Shown here: positions 61,074 to 64,000 of the stretch, one piece after another
How the letters are laid out: each line of letters opens with the position of its first letter
How positions within the stretch are numbered: the first letter of the stretch is position 1
The notes under the pieces: model-generated
Told to the model about the DNA's origin: nothing
What the model saw: only the letters and a program-made list of their open reading frames with translations
Databases searched by the model: none
Translations under genes and position numbers: made by a program
Assembly (NCBI GenBank): GCA_965601955.1
Contig: OZ271855.1
Location: 2,675,553-2,739,552, forward strand
Direction of reading: 5' to 3'
DNA from: Balneolaceae bacterium
GTDB taxonomy: Bacteria; Bacteroidota; Rhodothermia; Balneolales; Balneolaceae
DNA length: 64,000 nt

Positions 61074-62285
61074 ATGAGCTATTCGAATTTTTTTATAGGA
61101 TTATTAATTGTACTCCTTACTCAATCCAACGCATCAAATGCACAACAACCTTATTTATTGACAATCTTTCCTGATGCGGAAACTGTGATTTCTTCAGGCA
61201 CGTTTACTGCGCTTCCATCGGATATACCATCTTCCTTTTTTTATAATCCGGCTCAACTGGGAAATTTTGGAGCAATACAGAAGGTCTCTTTACAGTATTT
61301 ACCTGGTGGAAATCAATGGCTTTTTGATGGTATCAGAATGGAAAATTTTGCTTTAACTGGAGGATATTCAATCCCAAATACTCCATTAAATTTTGGTATC
61401 GGTATCATCAGGAATGAGATTGATTTTGGCAAAATCGATGTTAGGGCACCTGATTTGGAAATCATTGACAGGTTATCAACTTTTGATCGTCATACTACGT
61501 TTGGGATGGGTATTCAGCTCGACCATATACTGAAATTAAATGTTGGATATTCCTATAAAGTTATCCGCATACATCGTGATGTAGACGATACAAGAACTTC
61601 TGGGCATGACCTAGGAATTCAAGCAGGATATACAAAAAAAATAAATGATTTTTCTTTAGTAGTTAATCTTGGCTATTCAATCAGAAATGAAGGAAAATCT
61701 TTTATCCAGAGTAACGAAGGTTTGATTGAGCTCTATAGAAATGCGGGATATGATTACCCGGATGATTTCACCGGATTTACTCACTATTTACCTCGAACAC
61801 AGACACTAGGATACTCTTTAGGCTTCGATTATTCCGGCAATATTTTTAACAGAGAAAAAACGATTATTTCTCTAAACTGGACCGTGGACGCCACTAAAGA
61901 TGTACTTCGGCCTTTTACAAACGAACCAGCAATAAGAAACCTGAATTTAAAAGATTTAGCTGGAAATCTCATCGAAGCATCTACTGATATTGACACAGAA
62001 ATAAATATGGGAATAAGGATTGGTTTGATGGAAAGTCTGACTATCGGAGGCGGGAGGAACCTGAAATATAGGTTTCAAAACCCAGTTTATACTGCTGGTT
62101 TTTCAATCAATGTGCTTGAGATAGCTCAGTTCTTTTATGACCCCTCGCCTAATAAACCCATGAGCTATGTCTTAAAGCATTTTGACGCAAGTTTCAGTTA
62201 TGCTGTTTATATAGAAAATGAGGATAGATCTGGTCTTGATGGTCAAAATTTGAGCAGCATTGTAATTCGATATTCATTCTTTTAG
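61074..62285 (+). CDS. hypothetical outer-membrane beta-barrel protein
   Basis: Signal peptide (..SNASNA/QQ) and the C-terminal aromatic signature ..IRYSFF. Confidence 0.5.
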   Translation: MSYSNFFIGLLIVLLTQSNASNAQQPYLLTIFPDAETVISSGTFTALPSDIPSSFFYNPAQLGNFGAIQKVSLQYLPGGNQWLFDGIRMENFALTGGYSIPNTPLNFGIGIIRNEIDFGKIDVRAPDLEIIDRLSTFDRHTTFGMGIQLDHILKLNVGYSYKVIRIHRDVDDTRTSGHDLGIQAGYTKKINDFSLVVNLGYSIRNEGKSFIQSNEGLIELYRNAGYDYPDDFTGFTHYLPRTQTLGYSLGFDYSGNIFNREKTIISLNWTVDATKDVLRPFTNEPAIRNLNLKDLAGNLIEASTDIDTEINMGIRIGLMESLTIGGGRNLKYRFQNPVYTAGFSINVLEIAQFFYDPSPNKPMSYVLKHFDASFSYAVYIENEDRSGLDGQNLSSIVIRYSFF

Positions 62286-62288
62286 GGC

Positions 62289-62843
62289 ATGGCAAAAATA
62301 CCCGACTGGATACGAGCAAGCAGAAATAAATGGGAATATCGAGGTCAAAAGCGTCCACCCTTTGCCATTGAACCCAAACCTGGACAAGAATCAGTTTGGG
62401 ATTACACACGCCCTCCGGCCATTGTGACTGATCCACGAACCGTAGTTGTACAACTTGATGGGGTAATCATTGCAGAAACGAAGAAGGCTATTCGAATCCT
62501 CGAAACTGCCAGCCCTCCTACTTTCTATCTTCCGCCAGGTTCATTAAATATGGAATACCTCAGAAGAGCAGATGGATCATCTTTATGCGAATGGAAAGGA
62601 AATGCCCAATACTGGGATGTAACTGTGGGCTCTAATCTTCTCAGAAAAGTCGCATGGAGTTATCCCGATCCTTTTGAAGATTTTGGTGAAATAGCAGGAT
62701 ATCTCTCCTTTTACCCTTCCCGGTTAGATTGTTCTATTGATGGAGAAAAAGTACTTCCTCAGCCAGGCGGCTTTTATGGAGGTTGGATTACTTCAGAAAT
62801 TGTTGGGCCAGTAAAAGGAGAAATCCAGGAAGCTTCTCTTTAG
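62289..62843 (+). CDS. DUF427 domain protein
   Basis: CEWKGNAQYW motif and YLSFYP, typical of DUF427. Confidence 0.7.
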   Translation: MAKIPDWIRASRNKWEYRGQKRPPFAIEPKPGQESVWDYTRPPAIVTDPRTVVVQLDGVIIAETKKAIRILETASPPTFYLPPGSLNMEYLRRADGSSLCEWKGNAQYWDVTVGSNLLRKVAWSYPDPFEDFGEIAGYLSFYPSRLDCSIDGEKVLPQPGGFYGGWITSEIVGPVKGEIQEASL

Positions 62844-62903
62844 TTTTTTGAATTTTTGATTAATCCATCATAGCAATAACTTTGGTATCCAAACACTTAC
62901 GCT

Positions 62904-63524
62904 ATGACCAATAATCCAAAATATCGAGTTGTACAAATCCCTGAGAAAGATATCGACCTGGTAGTAGACACCTTTTGTGATGCTTTTTCTGAATACCCTG
63001 TCATGAAATATGTTCTGGGAGATACCGATAACTATGATGCGAAGTACAGAAAGCTTATCCATTTTTTTGTATTGAACCGGGTACTGAAAAAAGAATACAT
63101 GTTTGGTGTTTTTGATCAGGGCGATATTAAAGCTGTAGCTACTGTTTCTTTACCGTTTAAATATGTAGATGTACCTGAACTGGAAATAGCGCGAAAGCAG
63201 ATTTGGCAGGAACTGGGTGAAGAAGCCCGCACCAGGTACGAACAATTTGGCACAGTTTGTTCACAATTTGATATTGATGAACCACATATCCATTTAAATA
63301 TGCTGGGGGTAAAAAAGGAAGCTCAGGGCTTAGGTCAGGGTAGAATTCTTCTGGAATATGTACATCACTTCTCAACACAAATCGACGAATCCCAGGGAGT
63401 CACTTTATCCACTGAAATGGCTAAGAATGTACCTTTCTACGAATATTTCGGGTACAAATTATTGGGAAAGGCCTCTGTTGATTCCGTCTTCACTACCTGG
63501 AATTTTTATCGGCCAAATAACTAA
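62904..63524 (+). CDS. GNAT family acetyltransferase
   Basis: 206 aa. The QGLGQGRILLEY motif A region. Confidence 0.65.
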   Translation: MTNNPKYRVVQIPEKDIDLVVDTFCDAFSEYPVMKYVLGDTDNYDAKYRKLIHFFVLNRVLKKEYMFGVFDQGDIKAVATVSLPFKYVDVPELEIARKQIWQELGEEARTRYEQFGTVCSQFDIDEPHIHLNMLGVKKEAQGLGQGRILLEYVHHFSTQIDESQGVTLSTEMAKNVPFYEYFGYKLLGKASVDSVFTTWNFYRPNN

Positions 63525-63682
63525 GCTAATCAACCCGATAGATTCTTCTTATCAGAGTTAACGGTTATTTAGCACGGTGTTTGTGTAAATCCACCTGGAT
63601 TTTGATTTAATTATTTCATGAATCAAAAAGCAGTTCAATCTGCACCATTATTCAATAAACCAAACAACAAATTATTATTACA

Positions 63683-64000
63683 ATGAAAAAGATACTTATT
63701 ACAGGAACCAGCTCCGGATTTGGCTTTGACGCCTCAAAATATTTAGCTGAAACGGGACATCATATATACGCTACCATGCGTAATGTTGAAGGAAAAAATG
63801 CTGAAGCTGCTACCGCTCTAAGGACATTTGCCGAAGAAAATAACGTAGCGATCGAGGTATTAGAATTAGATGTGCTTTCAGATGAAAGTATTAAAGCTGC
63901 ACTTGCTCAGACTGATGGTATTGATGTATTAATTAACAATGCCGGTTCTGGATTTGGTGGGCCTATCGAAGCATTTAGCGGAGATGATGTACTCACTCAA
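63683..64000 (+). CDS. short-chain dehydrogenase/reductase, N-terminal part (3' end outside the window)
   Basis: Not in the track. ATG at 63683, then MKKILITGTSSGFGFD (TGxxxGxG) and NNAG. The frame is open to the window end. Confidence 0.8.
   Translation, partial: MKKILITGTSSGFGFDASKYLAETGHHIYATMRNVEGKNAEAATALRTFAEENNVAIEVLELDVLSDESIKAALAQTDGIDVLINNAGSGFGGPIEAFSGDDVLTQ

Overview
This 64-kb window is a chromosomal segment of about 40-45% GC by eye. It is densely packed with housekeeping genes. Gene content, motif style and a TTG-N19-TAnnTTTG-type promoter candidate suggest an FCB-group bacterium (Bacteroidota/Balneolota/Rhodothermota-like), but the taxon cannot be fixed without a database search.

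Gene content by region:
- 0.7-15.6 kb, minus strand: a hybrid sensor kinase, folA-thyA, mgtE, then the cluster yceD-rpmF-plsX-fabH-fabD-fabG-acpP-fabF-rnc. These are followed by a deoxynucleoside kinase, pgi and pfkA.
- 15.7-26.4 kb, plus strand: a polyprenyl synthase, lpxH, PBP1A, an S1 protease, a GH3 beta-glucosidase, and a cobalamin-riboswitch-controlled nrdB-nrdA pair.
- 27-46 kb: atpDC, rsmB, valS, uvrD/pcrA, an outer-membrane protein, lon and fhs.
- 46-49 kb: a small accessory-looking block (DUF1428, DinB, GNAT, NTF2-like).
- 49-64 kb: rsgA, a MacAB-TolC-type efflux operon with three small YqjD/YqjE-like membrane proteins embedded in it, bshB1, a long phenylalanine-hydroxylase-like gene, and miscellaneous small enzymes.

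I saw no rRNA, tRNA, CRISPR array, transposase or integrase.

The most unusual element is a solitary 641-aa ORF (42395-44320) that fuses an ABC/SMC-type (DEPExHLHP-class) ATPase to a class I SAM methyltransferase. It sits in what looks like a low-GC single-gene islet between lon and fhs. It is a candidate for an undescribed single-protein sensor-effector or defence-like system, but this is inference from motifs only.

Other points of interest:
- the B12 riboswitch, plus a perfect DnaA box, in front of an ATP-cone-less (class Id-like) ribonucleotide reductase
- a family of AGTC-N3-GACT-containing palindromes bracketing the DUF1428-DinB pair
- the YqjD/E-like trio inside the efflux operon

All calls rest on reading translated motifs by eye. 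No searches or folding computations were run.
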